24,949 nucleotides of DNA from IMG/VR virus record IMGVR_UViG_3300046103_003027, positions 1 through 24,949 of that record. One strand, 5' to 3'. This document shows, piece by piece, positions 1 to 6,066 of this stretch. The DNA comes from a virus (taxonomy: Duplodnaviria; Caudoviricetes). A program made the translations under genes and the position numbers. The first letter of the stretch is position 1, and every line of letters starts with the position of its first letter. Under the pieces are notes generated by a model. The model ran no database searches. It was not told the DNA's origin and saw only the letters and a program-made list of their open reading frames with translations.

Positions 1-68
1 TATATAGGCTCGAAATGAAACTTTCTTTCACAAAAAAACTACTAAAATCCATTCAATGCGTTAAACCC

Positions 69-235
69 TGTTCCGTTAGCTCAACACCATCTTTGTAAGT
101 GGAACACTTAATGGAACACTCCAAACCCTTATGTACCAACGGTTACAGCAGTTCTGTTCCACTGTTCCACCTGTTCCACCTATATTTAAAACTTTTTTTA
201 AAAACTTCTCACGCGTACGCGCGGTAACTGGAACC
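69..235. repeat. Iteron-like TGTTCC(AC)/(GT)GGAACA repeat cluster; candidate replication origin or packaging/terminus region
   Basis: TGGAACAC at 100-107 and 112-119; opposite-orientation CTGTTCCAC at 154-162, 162-170 and 171-179; TGTTCC at 69-74; AT-rich tract at 181-205; palindrome CGCGTACGCG at 212-221. No credible ORF here. Confidence 0.6.
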
Positions 236-349
236 AGCCCCCGATCCGCGGTCCGCGCCCCGTCCTCTCCGCCCCCCGAAACACTCCCCTCCGCCCTCCG
301 CCGCGCCCTCTCACCCTCTTTAAACGCCCCTAGAGGCCCCCCTACGCGC

Positions 350-401
350 CTTCCGCCCCTTTTTGGTATACCCGTAGCCGCCGGGTATACTTCCGCCCCT
401 T
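350..401. repeat. 12-bp direct repeats flanking a 9-bp inverted repeat
   Basis: CTTCCGCCCCTT at 350-361 and 390-401; GTATACCCG (366-374) pairs with CGGGTATAC (382-390). Confidence 0.7.
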
Positions 402-559
402 GCACGCGCTTAACCGGTCCTTTGTCCTTTTCCATATTTTCCCTCATTTTCGGCCCTTTTCCCCGATCCGTTCCTGTTCCGTTGTTCCATTGCCTTGTCG
501 CGCCGCGGGCCGTGGTTCGTGTTTTGGGGTGATTTGCCGTTAAACGTGCCGCACCCGAT

Positions 560-850
560 TTATTTCGCATATCTTGGTTTGCAACGTGGATGGAATACCT
601 TGGAGAGCGGCAGAGGTTTGATGTTTCGTTTTCTTCGGAGGGGCGGCTCCCAACGTAGGGCGTCGGATATTTTCCCATTTGCGCCTGACGCGCTTTCGTA
701 GACCGCCTCGAACCCGACCGAGTTGTCCCGTTGGATGGCGGCTATTAGCCGCTGGTCGTCGTCGAACACGTCCGAAGCGTCGTTGCGCGTCCGGGACGAC
801 AGGTTACGCGCGAATTTGGCGTAGGGACTATTGTTTCGGTAAACAAGCAT
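560..850 (-). CDS. Hypothetical protein (96 aa)
   Basis: ATG 17 nt after the HTH gene stop, purine-rich GGAAAGAG upstream, same strand as the operon; no recognisable motif. Confidence 0.55.
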   Translation of the reverse strand: MLVYRNNSPYAKFARNLSSRTRNDASDVFDDDQRLIAAIQRDNSVGFEAVYESASGANGKISDALRWEPPLRRKRNIKPLPLSKVFHPRCKPRYAK

Positions 851-866
851 CTCTTTCCGGGGCGTT

Positions 867-1085
867 TTAAGCTTTTGGTTCGCTTATCTTCAGGATTTCG
901 AGTTCGTAGCCTAGTTCGTGTAGCCACTTTTCGACAGTCTTTAGGGCGGGGCTGTTTTTTCCGTTTTCGAAACTGTAGATGGTATTTCCATGTCCTGTCC
1001 CCGTTCGCGCGGCGAGGGTCTTGGCTGAAATTCCCGCCTCTGTTCGGATCAGTTTAAACTCGGTCCTGAGCCAGTCCTTTTTCAT
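867..1085 (-). CDS. XRE/Cro-CI family helix-turn-helix DNA-binding protein (72 aa)
   Basis: Pattern KLIRTEAGISAKTLAARTG..NTIYSFENGKNSPALKTVEKWLHELGYEL is typical of HTH_3; TAATG coupling to the upstream gene. Confidence 0.9.
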   Translation of the reverse strand: MKKDWLRTEFKLIRTEAGISAKTLAARTGTGHGNTIYSFENGKNSPALKTVEKWLHELGYELEILKISEPKA

Positions 1086-1288
1086 TAGGCCGCCCCTTCA
1101 AGCTTCGAGCAGTTTTGTTCGAGTTCCGCGGCCCGCGAGCGGAGACGCGCTGCTTCTGTTTCGTCCCCGCCGACCCATTCTTCGTCTGCCGCCCTCCTCC
1201 GGAGTTTGCGGGCGAGGTATTGGTTGGTGACGAGTTCGAGGCCGAGTGTTTCTTCGACGGTTTCGCGGATAGTGGCAAATGTTTTCAT
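1085..1288 (-). CDS. Hypothetical protein (67 aa)
   Basis: Strong RBS GAGGAG upstream of ATG; stop overlaps the HTH start (TAATG). Confidence 0.8.
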   Translation of the reverse strand: MKTFATIRETVEETLGLELVTNQYLARKLRRRAADEEWVGGDETEAARLRSRAAELEQNCSKLEGAA

Positions 1289-1307
1289 AGGATCTCCTCT
1301 TCGTGTC

Positions 1308-1430
1308 CTAGAACCCTGCGAGCCACAAAATAAAGGCGACGCCCGCGGCTACAGCGGCTCCGGCCAGTACCACGCCCCAGATCAGATTGACCACCGTTTG
1401 AGGCCGGTTTGGTGTACGCCAGTAAGGCAT
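1308..1430 (-). CDS. Small single-pass membrane protein (40 aa, MPYWRTPNRPQTVVNLIWGVVLAGAAVAAGVAFILWLAGF)
   Basis: Translated by hand (not in the ORF track). ATG overlaps the upstream stop (TAATG), it fills the gap between neighbours, and it has a ~25-residue uncharged hydrophobic C-terminus. Confidence 0.75.
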   Translation of the reverse strand: MPYWRTPNRPQTVVNLIWGVVLAGAAVAAGVAFILWLAGF

Positions 1431-1759
1431 TATTTGACCCTCCGCATAAGCCATTTATTTTTGGGGGTAGAGGTGTTGCAGGAAAGGCACAGCAGCGCGG
1501 TCCACGCGAAGCTGTGTACCGTGTGGCTATGGCCGCAATGGGGGCAGAAGATGGCCTTCCCCCTCCTTGAGCCCTGCGTGAATTTTGGCACGGGGATAAA
1601 TTCGTCGGAGCTTTCTACCGAAAACTTACCTTCAGCCCTGCGGTAGAGGTCCTCCAGAAGCATATCGACCTTCTGGTCAAGGGCCGCGATCCATTCTGTT
1701 TGATCCGCGGCCCGCGGTTTCTTTTTCGGGAAGAGGGCCTTGATGATAGTGTCGAACAT
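1430..1759 (-). CDS. Zn-ribbon phage protein (109 aa)
   Basis: CPHC..CLSC pair; RBS AAGGA; first gene after a promoter-like region. Confidence 0.85.
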   Translation of the reverse strand: MFDTIIKALFPKKKPRAADQTEWIAALDQKVDMLLEDLYRRAEGKFSVESSDEFIPVPKFTQGSRRGKAIFCPHCGHSHTVHSFAWTALLCLSCNTSTPKNKWLMRRVK

Positions 1760-1821
1760 CGGAGTTTTCCTTCGGTTGGAGGTTGCGTGCAGGATTTCCT
1801 TTTCCTTTGTATGCGCTATTA

Positions 1822-1851
1822 TCTATACATAAAAGCCTTTATGTGCGTCAA
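1822..1851 (-). promoter_or_regulatory. Putative sigma70-type promoter with an internal inverted repeat
   Basis: TTGACG-N18-TATAGA; the spacer contains ACATAAA-N4-TTTATGT (1827-1844). Confidence 0.55.
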
Positions 1852-1883
1852 CCCCTTTTTTGCACGGGGTCAACGGTAAGAGT

Positions 1884-1913
1884 TTGACTGACCCCTAAAC
1901 GGTGGCGTATCGT
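1884..1913 (+). promoter_or_regulatory. Putative promoter of the plus-strand cassette
   Basis: TTGACT-N18-TATCGT, overlapped by inverted repeats GGGGTCA/TGACCCC (1866-1895) and CCCCTAAACG/CGTCTAGGGG (1892-1920). Confidence 0.5.
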
Positions 1914-1942
1914 CTAGGGGGCATACTTATGGGGGTTTTTCT

Positions 1943-2518
1943 ATGTGGAGATCTGTTTTGGTACTGGCTGCGTGTTTGGCGTCTTTTGGTGCGCGGGCGG
2001 AGCCCCAGCTTACGATGTGTAAGGGGGACTTTGCGTTGTGCGCGGCGGCGACCTGTACGCCGACGGGGCGCACGATGGTTATCAAAGGCACGTCGTACCC
2101 TGAGACGGTGTGTAACTGTCCTGTTTTGGAGGGGGAAGCGCTGGCTGACCTGAACGGGGGAAACATGCAGGGCTCCTGTGCGCGGCCCTCGCCGGACGGT
2201 GTGTGGAGCTTGTTTTCGTACCGCGCCTTTGTCCCGCAGGAGGTAAACGGGTGGAGTAGTTCTCCGCGCAAGGCCAAGACCCGGGTGCAGGAGTGTAGTT
2301 CGGAGTTGAAGCTGGCAGCGAAGAGTGTTAACTGCTTTTCTATGTCGTGCAGCAACATCACGAAGATAAACGGTCAGAAGGTTGCGGTCTGCACATGCCC
2401 TGCGGGCGAGTCGGTTTCGGGTGGTCGCATTGCACCCGCGACGAGCTTTTTGATTCAGTCCGGGCAGGGTGCCCCTGAGTATTGTGGTAAGAACCCTGTT
2501 GCGGTTACCGCGAAGTAG
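1943..2518 (+). CDS. Secreted cysteine-rich protein (191 aa)
   Basis: Signal peptide MWRSVLVLAACLASFGARA|EP (A-x-A cleavage site); 12 Cys in the mature part, arranged as two similar C..C-x4-C..VCxCP halves; GGGGG RBS-like sequence upstream. Confidence 0.85.
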   Translation: MWRSVLVLAACLASFGARAEPQLTMCKGDFALCAAATCTPTGRTMVIKGTSYPETVCNCPVLEGEALADLNGGNMQGSCARPSPDGVWSLFSYRAFVPQEVNGWSSSPRKAKTRVQECSSELKLAAKSVNCFSMSCSNITKINGQKVAVCTCPAGESVSGGRIAPATSFLIQSGQGAPEYCGKNPVAVTAK

Positions 2519-2529
2519 GAGGAACGGAT

Positions 2530-2955
2530 ATGTTACTAGGTAAACTAAAAGCGATTCTGCGCGACGCCCTGATACAGGCTTTTCACGCGGGCGCGGTTGT
2601 TGTCTTCGGCAAGGTTGTCGGCGGCGACAGTGAAGACCGCTGGGTTCCGCTGGGGGACGACGGCTCTTGGAAGTACGAAGTACGCAAGGGCACGGGCGGC
2701 AAGAAGGTTCACTTCTACGTTACGGTGACCGAAACGGATCACCCTGAAACCGCTGCTAGCATGTGGCGTATGGAACTTGATTGCTCCTGCAATAATCAGC
2801 ATAAGACCGCGGACGTCCCGACGGGCGAGAAGCATGAGTTCAGTGTGGATACGAACTTTTGCTCAGACACGACGTTCGATTTCCACCTGACCAGTATCAA
2901 TGGCGCGGGTGACAAGGACGTCTTGGTTCACTTGGTGACGAACTCAACCAGCTAA
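2530..2955 (+). CDS. Hypothetical beta-rich protein (141 aa)
   Basis: Perfect AGGAGG RBS; starts 11 nt after the previous stop; alternating-hydrophobic strand patterns (VHFYVTV, HEFSV, FDFHL, VLVHLV). Confidence 0.85.
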   Translation: MLLGKLKAILRDALIQAFHAGAVVVFGKVVGGDSEDRWVPLGDDGSWKYEVRKGTGGKKVHFYVTVTETDHPETAASMWRMELDCSCNNQHKTADVPTGEKHEFSVDTNFCSDTTFDFHLTSINGAGDKDVLVHLVTNSTS

Positions 2956-2961
2956 TTAAGT

Positions 2962-3052
2962 GGACGGGGCGGCGAGCAACTTTACGCCCGGAGAAGCTCC
3001 GGCGGGGCGTAGTCGGTACCCGCCAGCGCCGGGACATCATTGCCGCCGCCCC
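2962..3052 (-). ncRNA. Candidate structured RNA (three-way junction), unclassified
   Basis: GGGGCGGCG/CGCCGCCCC closing stem (2966-2974 / 3044-3052) extended by GCAAT/GTTGC; inner stems TACGCCC/GGGCGTA and GT-CCCG/CGGG-AC. Lies between convergent genes; a G-U pair favours the minus strand. Confidence 0.4.
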
Positions 3053-3054
3053 TG

Positions 3055-3086
3055 TTGATAGACCAACCGGGGTTTTGGTCTATCAA
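3055..3086. repeat. Perfect 12-bp inverted repeat with an 8-bp spacer
   Basis: TTGATAGACCAA-CCGGGGTT-TTGGTCTATCAA; no U-tract on either side. Confidence 0.8.
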
Positions 3087-3093
3087 TAAAAGC

Positions 3094-3366
3094 TTACCAT
3101 TTAACCTTGTTTGCCCAGTACGCGCCTGACATGTTTCCCCGGTCGATATTCGCCTTGTGGCGAGCCTTAAACGACTTGCGCCGGGCTTTCCCTGCCGCGG
3201 TATCGGGGCTTTTTCCGGCACCGGATACTCCCTGCTGGCCGAAACGGATCAGCTTTATGGTGTCCCCCTTCTTTGCCAAGACCGCGTGGGACTTTGTCTT
3301 GTGACCGGGCGTGCGCTTTGGTTTGTTGTAGCCGGAGAATTCTTCTCCTGCGCGGGTTACGGGCAT
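3094..3366 (-). CDS. Small basic conserved phage protein (90 aa; DUF6321/DUF5754-like)
   Basis: KLIRFGQQG..ARRKSFKARH..SGAYWANKVKW pattern, common in viral genomes; start set at ATG 3366 with GGGAG RBS. Family label is from memory. Confidence 0.85.
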   Translation of the reverse strand: MPVTRAGEEFSGYNKPKRTPGHKTKSHAVLAKKGDTIKLIRFGQQGVSGAGKSPDTAAGKARRKSFKARHKANIDRGNMSGAYWANKVKW

Positions 3367-3388
3367 CTCAGCTCCCAAACGTTATCTC

Positions 3389-3437
3389 AAAAAAAACCAA
3401 GAACCCGCCCGCAAATACCAGCCCCGCAGCGGTTCCT
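3389..3437 (-). terminator. Putative intrinsic terminator/attenuator
   Basis: Imperfect GC stem GAACCGC..GCGGGTTC followed by GG and a T8 run on the minus strand. Confidence 0.45.
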
Positions 3438-3573
3438 TCAGTATCCCTTGTGTTAGTCTTTTTTGCTAGGAAATAAAGCTCCCCACCACGTTGCTGGCGG
3501 GAACATGTAAAACACGCGCCATATTTCGTCCCAAGCGTGAAACTGCGAGCGCCGCCTCCTGCTAACGAGGTCG

Positions 3574-3879
3574 TTACCCTTGGAAATCAATTCGCAACCC
3601 CCGGAGCTGGTTCAACCGCATCTCAATCATCCGCCGCGCTTTAATCAGGTCTTCTATCTCGGATTCTTCCGCGGTTGAGCCGGGCTTTACCTTGAAGCCC
3701 GCGCGACTGACATATTTTATCGTGTTTCCGCGCCACCAATCCATATCATTCTGCATGATGTATTCAGCAGGCTGAATGGCTTGCTGCGCGTAGTGTTCCG
3801 GATTTTCGAGGTCCGCCGTGGGCGACTTACCGCCGCGGACGTTTTCACCACCGACAGGTATGGTCACCGGGATCTTCAT
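3574..3879 (-). CDS. DUF3310 (SaV-like / T7 gp1.7-related) protein
   Basis: NPEHY..IQPAEYI..GNTIKYVSRAG.K..EDLIKA signature. Confidence 0.9.
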   Translation of the reverse strand: MKIPVTIPVGGENVRGGKSPTADLENPEHYAQQAIQPAEYIMQNDMDWWRGNTIKYVSRAGFKVKPGSTAEESEIEDLIKARRMIEMRLNQLRGLRIDFQG

Positions 3880-4081
3880 CTATCTTCTCCACGGAAATAG
3901 CGCCGGGGTAGTCCTGACGCGCGTCGTCTTCTGTTTCGTAAAAGGGCTCGCAGAACCGGACCTGTCGCTCACCGAAGCACTCCGGGCACGGTACCTCTCT
4001 CGGCGCGTCGCGGCCCGCGTGTCTCTCGACGACGCCGTACCCGTTACATAGCGGGCACGGTAACCGGATATGAAAAATCAT
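3845..4081 (-). CDS. DnaJ-type Zn-finger (CxxCxGxG) small protein (78 aa)
   Basis: CPLCNGYG and CPECFGE motifs; GGGGGA RBS. Confidence 0.8.
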   Translation of the reverse strand: MIFHIRLPCPLCNGYGVVERHAGRDAPREVPCPECFGERQVRFCEPFYETEDDARQDYPGAISVEKIDEDPGDHTCRW

Positions 4082-4096
4082 GGCTTCCCCCGCGCT

Positions 4097-4423
4097 TCAA
4101 AGGACATCTTTACGTTGCACACCGGGCCGCGTATGTTTTTCCTCGGGGTTAGTGTCCAGCTCCCTGTCGAGATAGTCAGTTTTCGCCAGCGCGGCTTTCT
4201 GCGTGATAATCTCTCGCATCAATCTTGAGATCTTCGGATCGTTTGCGCTGTTGCCCCATACCCATTCATCTGCATCGAAGAGATCGGATGACAACGCCGC
4301 CCGCAGTTTGTTCCGCACGGATGACAACGCCGCCCGCAGTTTGTTCCGCTCGGCCTCCGCTGCTTTAAGTGCGACCGCCAAAAACAAGGCGTCATCCTCA
4401 ACCATGGCTCGGGTCTTCCTCAT
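4097..4423 (-). CDS. Hypothetical coiled-coil protein (108 aa)
   Basis: GGAGA RBS; helical composition; contains an in-frame 11-aa duplication. Confidence 0.7.
   Translation of the reverse strand: MRKTRAMVEDDALFLAVALKAAEAERNKLRAALSSVRNKLRAALSSDLFDADEWVWGNSANDPKISRLMREIITQKAALAKTDYLDRELDTNPEEKHTRPGVQRKDVL
4285..4350. repeat. 33-bp tandem duplication (in frame)
   Basis: CGGATGACAACGCCGCCCGCAGTTTGTTCCGC(A/T) x2, encoding RNKLRAALSS twice. Confidence 0.95.
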
Positions 4424-4441
4424 CTTGATTTCTCCCGTTCG

Positions 4442-4648
4442 TCAGTCATTCCTGTTTCTCCTCGGGTTTCGCCCGCAGACCGGTGATACAGTACCTTCCC
4501 CCAACTGGACCAGTTTCGCGGCCATACGGGTGTGGTCGAGGATAAGGTTCCGGACGAGCTTTCGGGAGAGGGCCACGGTCCGCGAGCGGCCCTCCTCGGA
4601 ATCCTCACAGATTTTGCGGTACTCTTCTTCTGTTGTGTAGAGTTTCAT
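4442..4648 (-). CDS. Hypothetical protein (68 aa, MKLYTTEEEY...)
   Basis: ATGA overlap with the upstream stop at 4645-4648 supports this start over the GTG at 4669. Confidence 0.75.
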   Translation of the reverse strand: MKLYTTEEEYRKICEDSEEGRSRTVALSRKLVRNLILDHTRMAAKLVQLGEGTVSPVCGRNPRRNRND

Positions 4649-4851
4649 CCGCACAACACGCGCTTCCACGATGCCCGCAGGGTTTCTGCCTTGAGAAACA
4701 GGCCCTGCGAGGACTCGGGGCTTTCGTGTCCGGCGTCCATCAGCCGTCCGGACTCCACGTCTATCGCAAGGGATACGCAGCGCACGGCCTCTTGCCAGTC
4801 CGGAACAAGGGGTTCTTCGAGGGCGGCGTGTCGCGTGATTTGTTTAGTCAT
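4645..4851 (-). CDS. Hypothetical protein (68 aa)
   Basis: RBS AAAGGAG; first gene after a promoter; coupled to the next gene. Confidence 0.75.
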   Translation of the reverse strand: MTKQITRHAALEEPLVPDWQEAVRCVSLAIDVESGRLMDAGHESPESSQGLFLKAETLRASWKRVLCG

Positions 4852-4882
4852 AGCGGTTCATCTCCTTTGGTTAGGCAGACAG

Positions 4883-4910
4883 CCTATATTATCGCATATA
4901 ACCGCGTCAA
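4883..4910 (-). promoter_or_regulatory. Putative promoter
   Basis: TTGACG-N16-TATAGG directly after a terminator; carries phased TATGCGAT/TATAGGCT boxes. Confidence 0.55.
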
Positions 4911-4911
4911 C

Positions 4912-4959
4912 AAAAAAAGACCCCCTAACCTCGGCAAAGCGAAAATTAGAGGGTCTTTT
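4912..4959 (-). terminator. Intrinsic terminator
   Basis: GACCCTCTAA..TTAGGGGGTC stem (G-U pairs work on the minus strand) followed by T7. Confidence 0.8.
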
Positions 4960-5001
4960 CCACCAAAGGAAAACTGTCGCGACTCACCACTGAAGCGACA
5001 G
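4912..5001 (-). ncRNA. Candidate ~90-nt small RNA with an anti-Shine-Dalgarno-like seed
   Basis: Own TTGACA-N17-TAGTTT promoter, 5' hairpin (CUGUCGC/GCGACAG), middle hairpin UUUUCC-UUUGGU-GGAAAA, terminator; no ORF. Confidence 0.6.
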
Positions 5002-5006
5002 GCTTA

Positions 5007-5035
5007 AAACTACTTCGTTGCCGGGCACGTGTCAA
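5007..5035 (-). promoter_or_regulatory. Near-consensus sigma70 promoter
   Basis: TTGACA (5035-5030)-N17-TAGTTT (5012-5007). Confidence 0.75.
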
Positions 5036-5041
5036 GCGACC

Positions 5042-5200
5042 TCACCCGAAAACGCTTCCAAAAATGCCGCCTTCCTTGCATCCTTTACAGATGTACAAGG
5101 GCTTTTCCAGAAGCTTTGTCTTCTGACACTTCAAACACTTTCTGTATCGGAAGTTACCTTTTGGTGGCGGGCCTTTTTCGCATTCGGGCGCTTTAGTCAT
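5042..5200 (-). CDS. Small Zn-finger protein (52 aa)
   Basis: CLKC..CKGC; ATG at 5200 overlaps the hydrolase stop by 8 nt. Confidence 0.7.
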   Translation of the reverse strand: MTKAPECEKGPPPKGNFRYRKCLKCQKTKLLEKPLYICKGCKEGGIFGSVFG

Positions 5201-5624
5201 TGTCCCACCTGTAAAAAATGTGGTTATCAATATGCACGCTCCGCGTCCTTTTAGACGCCCAGTATGGCTGAACATAAGTGGCGTGGTAGAAGGTTGCCCC
5301 CTCCGTCACGTCCGAGCCCAGCCCGGAAAGCATCAAGCGGGCGACTGCTACCGATTCTTTAGCAGACTTGAGGCCCATGTTTAGCTCATCGCTTTTACCG
5401 TCGCAATAGAAGCTAAACTGGCATTTGTTTCTTACGGGTATGCCGGGACGGTGTGTATACACAGGGCCCTGCCGTACCACGGCACAGACGTCGTTCGGGA
5501 AGCGCGGGTCGAGTGTTCTGTTTATTACGACAGATGCGACCGCAACTTTACCAATAAAGGGCTCTCCCCGTGCCTCGAAAAAGATCGCTTGGGCAAGGCA
5601 CATGAGTGCGGCGGACAGAATCAC
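5193..5624 (-). CDS. SleB/CwlJ-like cell wall hydrolase (Hydrolase_2 family)
   Basis: CLAQAIFFEARGE (catalytic Glu), AVASVVINR, CQFSFYCDG, GATFYHA..V.PYW, IDNHIFY; GTG start. Confidence 0.95.
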   Translation of the reverse strand: MILSAALMCLAQAIFFEARGEPFIGKVAVASVVINRTLDPRFPNDVCAVVRQGPVYTHRPGIPVRNKCQFSFYCDGKSDELNMGLKSAKESVAVARLMLSGLGSDVTEGATFYHATYVQPYWASKRTRSVHIDNHIFYRWDND

Positions 5625-5788
5625 TTACCCTGCCCGAGATAACGCTTCGCGGTTGGAAAATTACTTCTTGCCGCGGTCTTAGCTAATGCTAAAGCTACGG
5701 CCAAGGAACGCTTTTTCGGCTTGTCCACGGGCAGCGAACGAACGCCCGGGCCATCTGATCCGACAGTTGCCTTAGCTTTCTTAGCCAT
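5621..5788 (-). CDS. Small basic hypothetical protein (55 aa, MAKKAKATVGSDGPG...RYLGQGK)
   Basis: Translated by hand (not in the track). Overlaps the upstream stop (ATGGCTAA) and the downstream start (GTGA), filling the gap exactly. Confidence 0.7.
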   Translation of the reverse strand: MAKKAKATVGSDGPGVRSLPVDKPKKRSLAVALALAKTAARSNFPTAKRYLGQGK

Positions 5789-5972
5789 TGCTGAAGGCTT
5801 CAGAAACTACCGCACCCGCAACTTCGGGGTAACTGCCGCGCAGCCTTTCGGATTCCGCATATATCAACCGCAGTTCGCTGCTGATGGTGCGGCCTTCGCG
5901 CTTAGACCGTTCTCGGATCTCCCGATAAACCTCTATCGGCACCAGAACGGATTTCCATTTAGTCTGATCCAC
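5781..5972 (-). CDS. Ribbon-helix-helix-like DNA-binding protein (63 aa)
   Basis: WKSVLVPIEVYREIRERSKREGRTISSELRLI fits the strand-helix-GRT-helix RHH pattern; GAGGAG RBS, GTG start. Confidence 0.8.
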   Translation of the reverse strand: MDQTKWKSVLVPIEVYREIRERSKREGRTISSELRLIYAESERLRGSYPEVAGAVVSEAFSNG

Positions 5973-6006
5973 TTTTAGCTCCTCTTAGTGACTATGACTA
6001 TACGCG

Positions 6007-6035
6007 AACATATAGGACTAAAGGCAGACCTGCAA
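6007..6035 (-). promoter_or_regulatory. Putative promoter of the RHH operon
   Basis: TTGCAG-N17-TATGTT immediately after the polymerase terminator. Confidence 0.6.
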
Positions 6036-6036
6036 G

Positions 6037-6063
6037 AAAAAAGCCCCGCCACAAGGGCGGGGC
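6037..6063 (-). terminator. Intrinsic terminator after the DNA polymerase gene
   Basis: GCCCCGCC-N5-GGCGGGGC followed by T6, starting 3 nt after the stop. Confidence 0.9.
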
Positions 6064-6066
6064 AGT

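Noticed and set aside
76-678. 200-aa minus ORF and 133-aa plus ORF (131-532)
   Set aside because: They run across the iteron and C-skewed region, have biased R/G or P/S composition and no RBS; most likely chance ORFs.
867-1085. Lysogeny (CI/Cro) switch or prophage status
   Set aside because: A single HTH at the end of an operon; no integrase, att site, divergent repressor pair or host genes in the window.
1927-2361. 144-aa minus ORF
   Set aside because: Antisense shadow of the signal-peptide Cys-rich gene.
2962-3052. tRNA, hammerhead ribozyme or fluoride riboswitch identity for the structured element
   Set aside because: No T-loop or anticodon arm; no CUGANGA/GAAA core; GGCAAUGAUGUC only partly resembles the fluoride motif and the pairing partners are missing.
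2982-3221. 79-aa minus ORF
   Set aside because: Out-of-frame overlap with the conserved 90-aa gene and runs through the inverted repeats.
3400-3500. Guanidine-I (ykkC)-like riboswitch (ACACAAGGGATA)
   Set aside because: Only a few nucleotides match; the conserved AAAAGCCC and GGGUUCCG elements are absent.
4420-4608. 62-aa alternative-frame ORF
   Set aside because: Overlaps the better-supported, translationally coupled MKLYTT frame.
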